Positions 37,996-46,551 of a DNA stretch of 64,000 nucleotides are shown one piece after another. The stretch spans positions 23,109-87,108 of the forward strand of contig CALIJZ010000029.1 in assembly GCA_938017795.1 (NCBI GenBank), in the 5' to 3' direction. The stretch comes from an uncultured Bacteriovoracaceae bacterium. GTDB taxonomy: Bacteria; Bdellovibrionota; Bacteriovoracia; Bacteriovoracales; Bacteriovoracaceae. Below the pieces are notes generated by a model. The model saw only the letters and a list, made by a program, of their open reading frames with translations, searched no databases and was not told where the DNA came from. How positions within the stretch are numbered: position 1 is the stretch's first letter; each line of letters opens with the position of its first letter. The translations under genes were made by a program, and so were the position numbers.

Positions 37996-38470
37996 TGTTT
38001 TTATCTTAATCTTTTCAATCTCGTTATTTTCTAAGCCTAAACAATTAGTAGATGAAAATGTATTTTTTAAGATTTTAGAATCAGAGTTTTTAAATTTTGA
38101 AAGGCAAGGGAAAGTTGAAATTTCTACTGAATGGGTGAATTCAAAAACGATAAGAATAGAACAATTTTTTTACACTTCAAGTAATAGATTAGCTTGTTTG
38201 CTTTTAAGAGAGAAAAAAATTGCACTATACTACCCACAAGGAGAAGAAAACTGTATTGGGAAGATAGGTTATGAGTTGAGTTTGAGAAAGCTTTATAACT
38301 TGAAAAGAAAAAAGATAATAGTTGAAGACTCATTTTTTGAAGCAATTATATTTGAGTATAAGACAAAAAAATACTTCCTAGGACTTTTAAATCTTTTAAA
38401 GCCCCAAAAGTATGATCTCTGGGATAATAGTTCTGATAATAAGTTTATACGAGGAGTTAAAATTTTTTAA
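37985..38470 (+). CDS. Small secreted protein of unknown function
   Basis: GTG start overlaps the upstream stop by 11 nt. Signal-like MKFNVFILIFSISLFS. Confidence 0.4.
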   Translation: MKFNVFILIFSISLFSKPKQLVDENVFFKILESEFLNFERQGKVEISTEWVNSKTIRIEQFFYTSSNRLACLLLREKKIALYYPQGEENCIGKIGYELSLRKLYNLKRKKIIVEDSFFEAIIFEYKTKKYFLGLLNLLKPQKYDLWDNSSDNKFIRGVKIF

Positions 38471-38479
38471 TAAATTTAA

Positions 38480-39610
38480 TTAAGCAATTTTGATTTTTTT
38501 CAATGTTTTGTAAGCTTTAATAATAGCTTCACTAATCCGAGCATAATCACTTTCTGAAGTATCACAATCTACACTAACTCTGATAACACTTCTGCCAACA
38601 TCATCATTAATTCCCATTGATTTTAAAACTGCAGAAGTTTCAGGTTCATTGTCTGAACAAGCTGAGGATGTTGTAACAAAAATATCTCGACTCTCAAGTT
38701 CTATTTGTAAGGCCTGACCATGAATTCCAGGTATTGATAATAAAGTGGTATTTGGTAATCTCTTAGCAGATTCTCCGATAATGATGGCCTCTGGGATCGT
38801 TGATTTAATAGTTTGTTCAAACTTATTTTTTCTCTCCTCTAGAGCTCCAAATTGTTTTTCACACTTTAAAATATCTTGAAGAGCAACAGTTAAACACTCC
38901 ACACCTATATAATTTTGTGTACCACCTCTAAGAGCATATTCTTGACCACCACCAAAGATAATAGGCTTTAATTTTTCAGGTTTTTTAACAAGTAAAATCC
39001 CGCATCCACCAAGTGCCCCAATTTTATGAGCCGATAAGATTGCAAAATCTAAGTTTGATTCTTTAAAATTGAACTTTGTTTTTCCAATGAGCTGTGTTGT
39101 ATCACAAAAATAAGGTGTATTTGTACTTGCACACCACTGAGCAAACTCTCTATAGTCTTGAATGACCCCAGTTTCATTATTTGCAGCCATTAAAGCAGCA
39201 ATACAATACCCTTCACTGCTTTTGGGAATGATAACTTTTCCATCTGAATCAGTATCCAAGTGATCAATTTGAAAACCTAAGCTTTCTAAAGTTTTACAGG
39301 CATTTCTAATAGCAGCATGTTCGATCTTAGAAGTTAAAATTTTCTTATTACAATTTGATCTAGCAATGTGAGAGTAAAAAACTTGAGAAATTCCTTCACT
39401 TGATCCAGAGTTAAAAATAACTTGATGAGGTTCAGCACCTAACATCTCGGCACAATGAACTCTACATTTCTCATAAGCATCTTTAATTTGATTACCTATT
39501 GAATGAATAGCATTAGGATTTCCAAATGGTCCATCAAGTCTTTCTATTAAATATTTCTTAACAGAGTCCTTAAGTTGACTCGTTCCATTATAATCAGCAT
39601 AAATACTCAT
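38480..39610 (-). CDS. Cysteine desulfurase (NifS/IscS-like class V aminotransferase)
   Basis: PLP-lysine motif LSAHKIGALGG, ANNETGVIQD, and active-site loop TSSACSD. Confidence 0.8.
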   Translation of the reverse strand: MSIYADYNGTSQLKDSVKKYLIERLDGPFGNPNAIHSIGNQIKDAYEKCRVHCAEMLGAEPHQVIFNSGSSEGISQVFYSHIARSNCNKKILTSKIEHAAIRNACKTLESLGFQIDHLDTDSDGKVIIPKSSEGYCIAALMAANNETGVIQDYREFAQWCASTNTPYFCDTTQLIGKTKFNFKESNLDFAILSAHKIGALGGCGILLVKKPEKLKPIIFGGGQEYALRGGTQNYIGVECLTVALQDILKCEKQFGALEERKNKFEQTIKSTIPEAIIIGESAKRLPNTTLLSIPGIHGQALQIELESRDIFVTTSSACSDNEPETSAVLKSMGINDDVGRSVIRVSVDCDTSESDYARISEAIIKAYKTLKKIKIA

Positions 39611-39638
39611 AACACACCTTTATTATGAAAATTTTAAA

Positions 39639-40748
39639 TTATGAAATTTTAAACATTTGATCTAATGCTTTCATCGCATATTTTTTTGTTTTATCATCAA
39701 CTTTAATAACGTTGATAGGTTTACCAGCTTTAATCGCTCTTAGGCTTGCAAGTAACCACCTTGGTCTTACTCTATACATTGTTGTACATAGACATTGGTA
39801 AGGAGACAATGAAATTATCTCTTTATCGGGATATTTTGCATTCAGTCGATTTACTAAATTTATTTCAGTACCTACGGCAAACTTAGATCCACTTGGAGCT
39901 TTATCAATTGTTCCACAAATAAAAGAAGTAGAACCTGCAAGGTCTGAGTGCTTCCACACATCATATGAACATTCAGGATGAACGATAACGGTCATGTTGG
40001 GATCATTTTTTTTCACTAAATCAATATGCTCTTTTTTAAAGCCTTGATGAACTGAACAATACCCGTACCAAAGAATGACTTTCGCTTTTTCAACTTGTTC
40101 TGGGCTTAACCCTCCATTGTATTGACGTGGATCATAAACAACCATTTCGTCTAATTGTATTCCTAGTTCAAAACAAGTATTTCTCCCAAGATGTTGATCT
40201 GGAAAAAATAAAAGCTTATCACCTTTTTCTAATGCCCAAGAAATAACACCCTTAGCATTACTTGATGTACAAATACTACCATCGTTTTCACCTACAAAAG
40301 ACTTTAAAGCGGCTGTGCAATTAATATAAGTAATAGGAACAATTTTTTTATCTGTAGAATTTGTTAAAAAATCCCATGATTTATCAATCTCTTTTCTATT
40401 GGCCATGTCAGCCATGGAGCAACCTGCTTTCATATCAGGCAAGATCACGACTTTTTCTTCGCTTGTAACCATGTCAGCGGTTTCGGCCATGAAATGAACC
40501 CCGCAAAAGATAATATGTTTCTTATCTAGCTTTTTAGCAATTTGGGCCAATTGTAAAGAGTCTCCGGTAATATCAGCAAAGTCTATTACATCATCTTGTT
40601 GATAATGATGGCCTAGAATTACTAATTCATCTGCCAGCTCTTTTTTGAGCTGTGCACATTCAATCAAAACATCTTGTTCAGACATTTCTTTTTCGTTTAT
40701 CTCCGGTAGGTGAGATTTGAGTTGTTTTTTGTCGTATAAATCAATCAT
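39639..40748 (-). CDS. nadA: Quinolinate synthase
   Basis: CGVHFMAETADM, AGCSMADMA and VHPEC motifs. ATG 40748 (MIDLYDK) is preferred over the track's TTG at 40802. Confidence 0.85.
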   Translation of the reverse strand: MIDLYDKKQLKSHLPEINEKEMSEQDVLIECAQLKKELADELVILGHHYQQDDVIDFADITGDSLQLAQIAKKLDKKHIIFCGVHFMAETADMVTSEEKVVILPDMKAGCSMADMANRKEIDKSWDFLTNSTDKKIVPITYINCTAALKSFVGENDGSICTSSNAKGVISWALEKGDKLLFFPDQHLGRNTCFELGIQLDEMVVYDPRQYNGGLSPEQVEKAKVILWYGYCSVHQGFKKEHIDLVKKNDPNMTVIVHPECSYDVWKHSDLAGSTSFICGTIDKAPSGSKFAVGTEINLVNRLNAKYPDKEIISLSPYQCLCTTMYRVRPRWLLASLRAIKAGKPINVIKVDDKTKKYAMKALDQMFKIS

Positions 40749-40881
40749 GTCAAAATTCCGTTGGTGTCTTACTAGGATACTTAGAAATATGTCATCTGCC
40801 AATTTTTGACGATTTTAGTTTATCTCTACTACACTTTATTAAAGGATTGATTCTTATTGGGTTGTCGGGAGGACACTAAAC

Positions 40882-41655
40882 ATGAAAGTTATTAGTATAG
40901 CAAATAATAAAGGCGGCGTTGGTAAAACAATGCAATGCTTTCAATTAGCAACACATCTAGCTAACAAAGGTAACAGGGTTCTTGTGATCGACTTAGATTC
41001 TCAAGCAAACTTAAGTAATACTTTAGGTGTTGATGTTCAACGTACTCTTATTCCTGAATGGTTAATTGGAGATGTTCCCTTTGATGATATTATGGTTCCA
41101 ACTGTTGGAAAGTATGATTGCTTTGAAAACATTTTTTTAGTTCCATCAAGCAGACACCTTGCTAGTTTATCTAAACTTTTAATTTTATCAGAAAGTGAAA
41201 TTAGAAAAAATGCTGGTAGAAAAGAAAGACTTTTAAAAACAAGACTCGCGAAAATAAGTTCAAGGTTTGATTACGTAGTGATTGATACACCACCAGTTTT
41301 AGGTGATGAATTAATTATGTCTTTAGTAGCAAGTGATCATATTTTAATTCCAACTCAGGCTCAAGATTATTCAATTGATGGATTGGAAGAGTTAATGGAT
41401 ACATTTGAAATTATCAAAGAGAGTGAAAACTCTAAATTGAAGTTTTCTATTATTCCTTCAATGTTCAATGGAAGAAGAAAGATTGAAAGAGTAAGAATGG
41501 AAGAGCTTTCTGAAATGTTTGATGTAACCCCTCCAATTAGAAACCTTGTTGAAATGCAAGAATCTATATCACTGAAAAAACCAATGTTTAAAATGGGTAA
41601 GCGCTCTAAAGGTAAGCAAGATTATGAGCAACTTTGGAATTCTCTAGGATTATAA
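40882..41655 (+). CDS. parA: ParA/Soj-family partition ATPase
   Basis: Deviant Walker A is NNKGGVGKT. Also has LVIDLDSQANLS and IDTPPVLG; about 257 aa. Confidence 0.85.
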   Translation: MKVISIANNKGGVGKTMQCFQLATHLANKGNRVLVIDLDSQANLSNTLGVDVQRTLIPEWLIGDVPFDDIMVPTVGKYDCFENIFLVPSSRHLASLSKLLILSESEIRKNAGRKERLLKTRLAKISSRFDYVVIDTPPVLGDELIMSLVASDHILIPTQAQDYSIDGLEELMDTFEIIKESENSKLKFSIIPSMFNGRRKIERVRMEELSEMFDVTPPIRNLVEMQESISLKKPMFKMGKRSKGKQDYEQLWNSLGL

Positions 41656-41679
41656 ATTAATTAGTTAGGATATATATTT

Positions 41680-42492
41680 ATGGCAAAGGCATTTGAAAAA
41701 AGAGTATCTAAGCGTAATAGAAAAAAAATAGATCTAGAAACGAATTTAGATTATGACATCTTTAAAGTGAATGATGATAAGCTTCTAAGAGGAGCAGAAC
41801 TTCAAAAAGTTAAACTGAAAGATATTACTGTTAAGAAACAAGTTAGGACTAAGTTTGAAGATGATACAATCTTAGACCTAGCTGCAAATATTAAAGAAAA
41901 TGGTTTAATTCAACCTTTAGTGCTTCATAGAGAAAATGATAAATTTGTACTTATCTGTGGAGAAAGAAGATTCAGGGCCATGAGTACAATCAAGAAAATG
42001 ACCGAAGCTCCATGCTTTATTCTTGAAGATAAAAATCATGAAGAATTAATGGCCATTCAATTCTCTGAAAACTCTTCCAGGGAAGCTCTTCACTATATTG
42101 ATCAAGCAGATAGCATAATGGCTTATAAGAAAACTACTGGCTCAAGCGAAAGAAAGATTCAGTCATCTCTTGGTATCTCGAAATCAGAGGTTCATAGATG
42201 TTTGAAAATTGCAAAATTACCTTCATCGGTTAAAGAGGCTGCTAAAGATTATAATATTGAGAAATATGTTTTACTTGAATGGAGTAAAATAAAAAACAGA
42301 AAGAAGAAAAAAGAAATAGAATCTCTTATCGTTAGCGGAGAATTAACAAAAAGATCTCAATTAAAAGAAATGATTTCTATTGAAGATACTAGGATTGATA
42401 GAAAAACCAAAACACTTGTTAAAAATCTATCGGCACTTGATAACCAAACAAGATTACAATTAAAAGAAATGTTAGAAAGAAGCTTAGATTAA
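41680..42492 (+). CDS. parB: ParB/Spo0J-family protein
   Basis: GLIQPLVL...CGERRFRA (CTP-binding ParB box). ENSSRE. HTH GISKSEVHRCLKIAKLP. Confidence 0.8.
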   Translation: MAKAFEKRVSKRNRKKIDLETNLDYDIFKVNDDKLLRGAELQKVKLKDITVKKQVRTKFEDDTILDLAANIKENGLIQPLVLHRENDKFVLICGERRFRAMSTIKKMTEAPCFILEDKNHEELMAIQFSENSSREALHYIDQADSIMAYKKTTGSSERKIQSSLGISKSEVHRCLKIAKLPSSVKEAAKDYNIEKYVLLEWSKIKNRKKKKEIESLIVSGELTKRSQLKEMISIEDTRIDRKTKTLVKNLSALDNQTRLQLKEMLERSLD

Positions 42493-43652
42493 TCTATAAA
42501 CTGTTTTGAAATCTGTAGAGAATCTAAGACATTATTTGATCTATGTTTATTAAAATAGGGTTCTCTTGAATCCTTATAAGCCATACATCTACCAACACTA
42601 AGCAAGTGTTTTCTATTCTCTTTTCCACCTAAATGGTTTCTTTCATAAGTCACTTTTAAAAACTCTTGATACATGGCCGACATTGACTTTAAATCAGTTC
42701 GCTCCAGAGTAGACTTTAATCTTCCTGGACCTGTGTTATAAGAAGCAGCTATTAATTGCATTCCACGAAATCGATCAGCATCGTCCTTAAACAATGATTT
42801 CATATTTTTTATAATATTTTCAGAAGTTGCATTCTTTCCTAGGATTTTTTTTCCTCTTTCGTATAAATATCCATCTAAGTCAGATGAGAATTTATAAAGA
42901 GCGTAAGATGAAAGGAAAATTCCATGTTTATAGTTATAAGGATATATATAGGCTTTGTTCCAACGTTTTGGATTGAAATTTTTACTCCAACTTACTTTAT
43001 AAGGTGCTTGGTAAGGACCAGCTAAGTCGAGATAGAAATAATCATAGGCCATTGATTGATATTGTTTTGATCGATAAATTGTCTTATATACTTTTTTACA
43101 CCAAGCAATATCTTTATCACATGAACTACTATTTTTAACACATCTTGGAGTTTTTTTATGACATGTGAAGTCTGATAAAAAGTTTTCATAAGAGTGATCT
43201 TGAGTGAACTCAGGACAAATCTTAGTACAAGTATCATAATTTTTCACATCAAAATGTTCTCTAGATGTTAATAGTAAGTTATTCAAAGTTTTTGATTCGA
43301 GTTGACCTATTCCATAAGCGAACCGAGACTTTCCCTTTTCTTCAAACCTTGATTCTACGAAAGCATTACAAACAGTTAATCTCCATGGGAGCCAGTGGCT
43401 TAGATCAGCATATTTAGAATGCTCGAGTATAGAACTTAAATAGCTTGAATAGTCGCGATGACTGCTGCTTCTAGATTTAGACTCTTTATGCATATTTAAG
43501 TATGAAAGAAGTCCTTTCTCATTTTTTAGCCATTTATTAGGAGCATTGATAGATTCGAGGAAAACAGTAGCTGAAGGTCGCATTGAAACGTCGTAAACAG
43601 TTTCATTCGGAAGTAAATTTAATGAAATCAGCAAAACGATAAGTATTTTCAT
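42489..43652 (-). CDS. Secreted lytic transglycosylase (SLT domain)
   Basis: Signal peptide. Catalytic-type FVESRF...AYGIGQL and AASYNTGPGRL motifs of family 1 lytic transglycosylases. Confidence 0.6.
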   Translation of the reverse strand: MKILIVLLISLNLLPNETVYDVSMRPSATVFLESINAPNKWLKNEKGLLSYLNMHKESKSRSSSHRDYSSYLSSILEHSKYADLSHWLPWRLTVCNAFVESRFEEKGKSRFAYGIGQLESKTLNNLLLTSREHFDVKNYDTCTKICPEFTQDHSYENFLSDFTCHKKTPRCVKNSSSCDKDIAWCKKVYKTIYRSKQYQSMAYDYFYLDLAGPYQAPYKVSWSKNFNPKRWNKAYIYPYNYKHGIFLSSYALYKFSSDLDGYLYERGKKILGKNATSENIIKNMKSLFKDDADRFRGMQLIAASYNTGPGRLKSTLERTDLKSMSAMYQEFLKVTYERNHLGGKENRKHLLSVGRCMAYKDSREPYFNKHRSNNVLDSLQISKQFID

Positions 43653-43788
43653 AGTATTTTTTTATCATGTTGAATCTCTAAATCTTGACTGACCTATATA
43701 ATTTTCGAAAGTGTCTATTTTTTAGACAATAGTTATAAGAATGAAACACTAGAGCTATCTTGCAAAGAATAAATGATATTTTAGTAGT

Positions 43789-44661
43789 ATGAGACTCTTG
43801 TCTATATATTTATATTTTCTAAGTTTATCTAGTATTGCTATTAGCTCTGCACATGCTGATGACGGTTTAGTATTTGAGACTAAATCAGCTCATAAGTTTT
43901 CAAAACAAATTAAGCATTCCCATGCAACAAGTTTGAGATATAAGAAATTTACTAAAAAACATAACCCTTTATTTCAAAGGATTCGCTCTCAATTAAAAGT
44001 TTGGAATGATCTAGATATTGAGATGAAACAATTTGGAATTGATGAAGCTGGGTTTTATACTCACTTAGCAAATGATGAAAAGCTAGCAGTACTAGGTAGA
44101 GAATTTGGTCGTTATTTCATTAGGCAAACGAGAGCTCCATTGAAAGTTCAACTAAAACAGTGGGAACGAGGGCTTCAAAGAAACTATGAAATGGAAAGTT
44201 CTCTGGAGTTAACAGAAACAGATCAAGCATTTGAATATAATTTATTTTCTTATAATAATGCGATTTCAAGAACGAGAAAGACAGAAATAAAAAAAGAAAA
44301 AAAACTAAAAAGATCAGATATTAAGAAAAGAAATTTTCTAAATTCAATAAGGCTAAAGGTAGGAGTAAACGTAACAAGAGGAGTTTTAGCTACTCAACTT
44401 AGGACTTCACATGTCAACCTTGGATCATATGTTGGTGTCAATAAAGAATTAGAGTTTTATGCTTATAGAGACTTTAAGAAACTAAAGTTTAAGGTTCACT
44501 TAGGTATGAACCTTCAAGAAGATAGAGCTTATATCCAACTCGAAAAGAAATTATTTAAGAATAAAATTCGATTAAACTTTAGCACTGAAGAAAACTTCGC
44601 CAAGAACACTGATTTTATTGATAATGCTCTTTTTTCAATGAATTATGTCCTAAGATTTTAG
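43789..44661 (+). CDS. Secreted protein of unknown function, possibly outer-membrane associated
   Basis: Signal peptide ending AHA-DD. Lys-rich central segment. C-terminal ...NYVLRF ends in Phe. Confidence 0.4.
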   Translation: MRLLSIYLYFLSLSSIAISSAHADDGLVFETKSAHKFSKQIKHSHATSLRYKKFTKKHNPLFQRIRSQLKVWNDLDIEMKQFGIDEAGFYTHLANDEKLAVLGREFGRYFIRQTRAPLKVQLKQWERGLQRNYEMESSLELTETDQAFEYNLFSYNNAISRTRKTEIKKEKKLKRSDIKKRNFLNSIRLKVGVNVTRGVLATQLRTSHVNLGSYVGVNKELEFYAYRDFKKLKFKVHLGMNLQEDRAYIQLEKKLFKNKIRLNFSTEENFAKNTDFIDNALFSMNYVLRF

Positions 44662-44726
44662 ATAATTTTTCTTTTAACATTAAAAAAAATAGCTGATATT
44701 ATTAGAAAAAAATAAAGCAGGATTTT

Positions 44727-45998
44727 ATGACAGAAAAAAGCTATATCAGCAGTGCTCCTTTATATCAAAATGCTCTTTTTCAATTAGAAAAAGCATCCAA
44801 AGTAACAGATGTTGATCCTAACTGTATTGAAAGATTAAAAACTCCGAAGAGGGCGATACAGGTCTCGATTCCAATCAGGCTAGATGATGGAACAATTAAA
44901 ACTTTTGAAGGATATAGAGTTCAGCATAATATGACTTTAGGTCCAGGTAAGGGAGGAATTAGGTTCCATAAGCATGTAAACTTGTCGGAAACTGCCGCTC
45001 TTGCAATGTTAATGACTTTTAAGTGTTCTTTAGTAGGTCTTCCCTTAGGTGGAGCTAAAGGCGGAGTAAAAGTAGACCCTTCACTTTTATCCAGACAAGA
45101 ACTTCAAGGAATGGCTAGAAGATATGCTACAGAAATTGGACCTTTCATTGGTCCAGGAATGGACATTCCGGCTCCTGATATAGGAACTGATGGTCAAATT
45201 ATGGCTTGGTTTATGGATACTTACTCCCAAGTTAAAGGTCATGCAATCCCTGGTGTGGTAACGGGAAAGCCTATTGCAATTGGTGGGTCATTAGGAAGAA
45301 GAGATTCAACAGGTAAGGGAGTTGCATTTTGTGTCCAATTTGCATGTGAAAAGTTAAATAAAAAAATTGACTCATCAACTAGAGTAGCTATTCATGGTTT
45401 TGGTAAAGTCGCTATTCCGGCAGCACTAGATCTTAGTGAACTTGGAGCCAAAATATGTGCCGTTAGTGATGTTTCTGGAGGAATCTACAACTCAAATGGT
45501 TTAGATCTTAATAAGATATTAGAGTTTTCCAAATCTAGGAAGCTTTTATCCGAATATGATGGGGAGTGTGAATTTATCTCAAATGAAGACTTATTGGAGC
45601 TCGATGTAGATATCTTAATTCCTGCTGCGATTGATGGTGTTATAACAAAAAATAATGCTGAAAAAATCAAGGCAACTATTATTGCTGAAGGAGCTAATGG
45701 TCCATGTACTCAAGAAGCAGTAGATATCCTAACTGAAAAAGGTGTATTTATTATTCCTGATATTTTATGTAATGCTGGGGGAGTGATTGTTTCTTACTTT
45801 GAATGGGTTCAAGGTGTTCAACAATTATTCTGGGATTTAGATCATATTAATTCAAGATTACATTCTATTTTAAAAGAGTCATTTGAAAATGTGTATAATA
45901 CCAGACAAAAATATAATACTGATATGAAAACTGCGGCAATGAGTGCTTCAGTTAAAAGACTAGCTAAGGCAATGCGCTTAAGAGGAATGTGGCCTTAA
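44727..45998 (+). CDS. gdhA: Glutamate dehydrogenase (Glu/Leu/Phe/Val dehydrogenase family)
   Basis: GPGKGGIRFH, PLGGAKGG and the dinucleotide fold HGFGKVA; 423 aa. Confidence 0.9.
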   Translation: MTEKSYISSAPLYQNALFQLEKASKVTDVDPNCIERLKTPKRAIQVSIPIRLDDGTIKTFEGYRVQHNMTLGPGKGGIRFHKHVNLSETAALAMLMTFKCSLVGLPLGGAKGGVKVDPSLLSRQELQGMARRYATEIGPFIGPGMDIPAPDIGTDGQIMAWFMDTYSQVKGHAIPGVVTGKPIAIGGSLGRRDSTGKGVAFCVQFACEKLNKKIDSSTRVAIHGFGKVAIPAALDLSELGAKICAVSDVSGGIYNSNGLDLNKILEFSKSRKLLSEYDGECEFISNEDLLELDVDILIPAAIDGVITKNNAEKIKATIIAEGANGPCTQEAVDILTEKGVFIIPDILCNAGGVIVSYFEWVQGVQQLFWDLDHINSRLHSILKESFENVYNTRQKYNTDMKTAAMSASVKRLAKAMRLRGMWP

Positions 45999-46065
45999 TT
46001 TTTTAAAATTAAAAAATATCATCTGATTCCTTTTTAAATTATAGAAACCATAGCATTTTCTATAA

Positions 46066-46551
46066 ATGCATACTTATATAAAATCTTATCAATTTATTCA
46101 GGGTAGAATTCAAAGTTATAAAATTTTTTCTTATTCTTCGCGAGGAGTTCCGGGTCTAGAGGTTGTTGGCTTTGGTACCCATAATAAACACCTAAAAGAA
46201 AAAATTGTCTATATTTCAAAACTAAAGAAAATAATGATTCCTAATAAGAAATTTACAATTTGCTTAGATCAAACCTTTAATAATGTTTTGGTATCTAAAG
46301 AAGCCTATAATTTTGAACTTCCAGTCTCTATTCTTTTTTGGAGTATGGTAGGGGTCGTAAATTTTTCTAATCTTAATACATGCTACGCTAGTGGTTACTA
46401 TGAAATGGATGGCAATGTTAGAACTAACTATTACCCAAAACTAATTGAGCAGCTTCATTTGAAAAATGATTCATTGATTTTAAATAGTGATCAACTCCGA
46501 GAAGATTTCAGAGGAATTAGTGTCGAGAGATTATTGACTAGTATGCTTTAA
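46066..46551 (+). CDS. Stand-alone ComM/YifB N-terminal (Lon-protease-like ChlI_N) domain-like protein
   Basis: The pattern GVPGLEVVGFG...LKEKIVY...FTICLDQ...FELPVSILFWSMVG...GYYEMDGNVR is collinear with the N-domain of Mg-chelatase-like ComM. No AAA+ module follows. Confidence 0.3.
   Translation: MHTYIKSYQFIQGRIQSYKIFSYSSRGVPGLEVVGFGTHNKHLKEKIVYISKLKKIMIPNKKFTICLDQTFNNVLVSKEAYNFELPVSILFWSMVGVVNFSNLNTCYASGYYEMDGNVRTNYYPKLIEQLHLKNDSLILNSDQLREDFRGISVERLLTSML

Noticed and set aside
40803-42492. A parS centromere site near parAB.
   Set aside because: No sequence close to TGTTTCACGTGAAACA was seen by eye in or around the operon. This needs a proper pattern scan before any claim is made.
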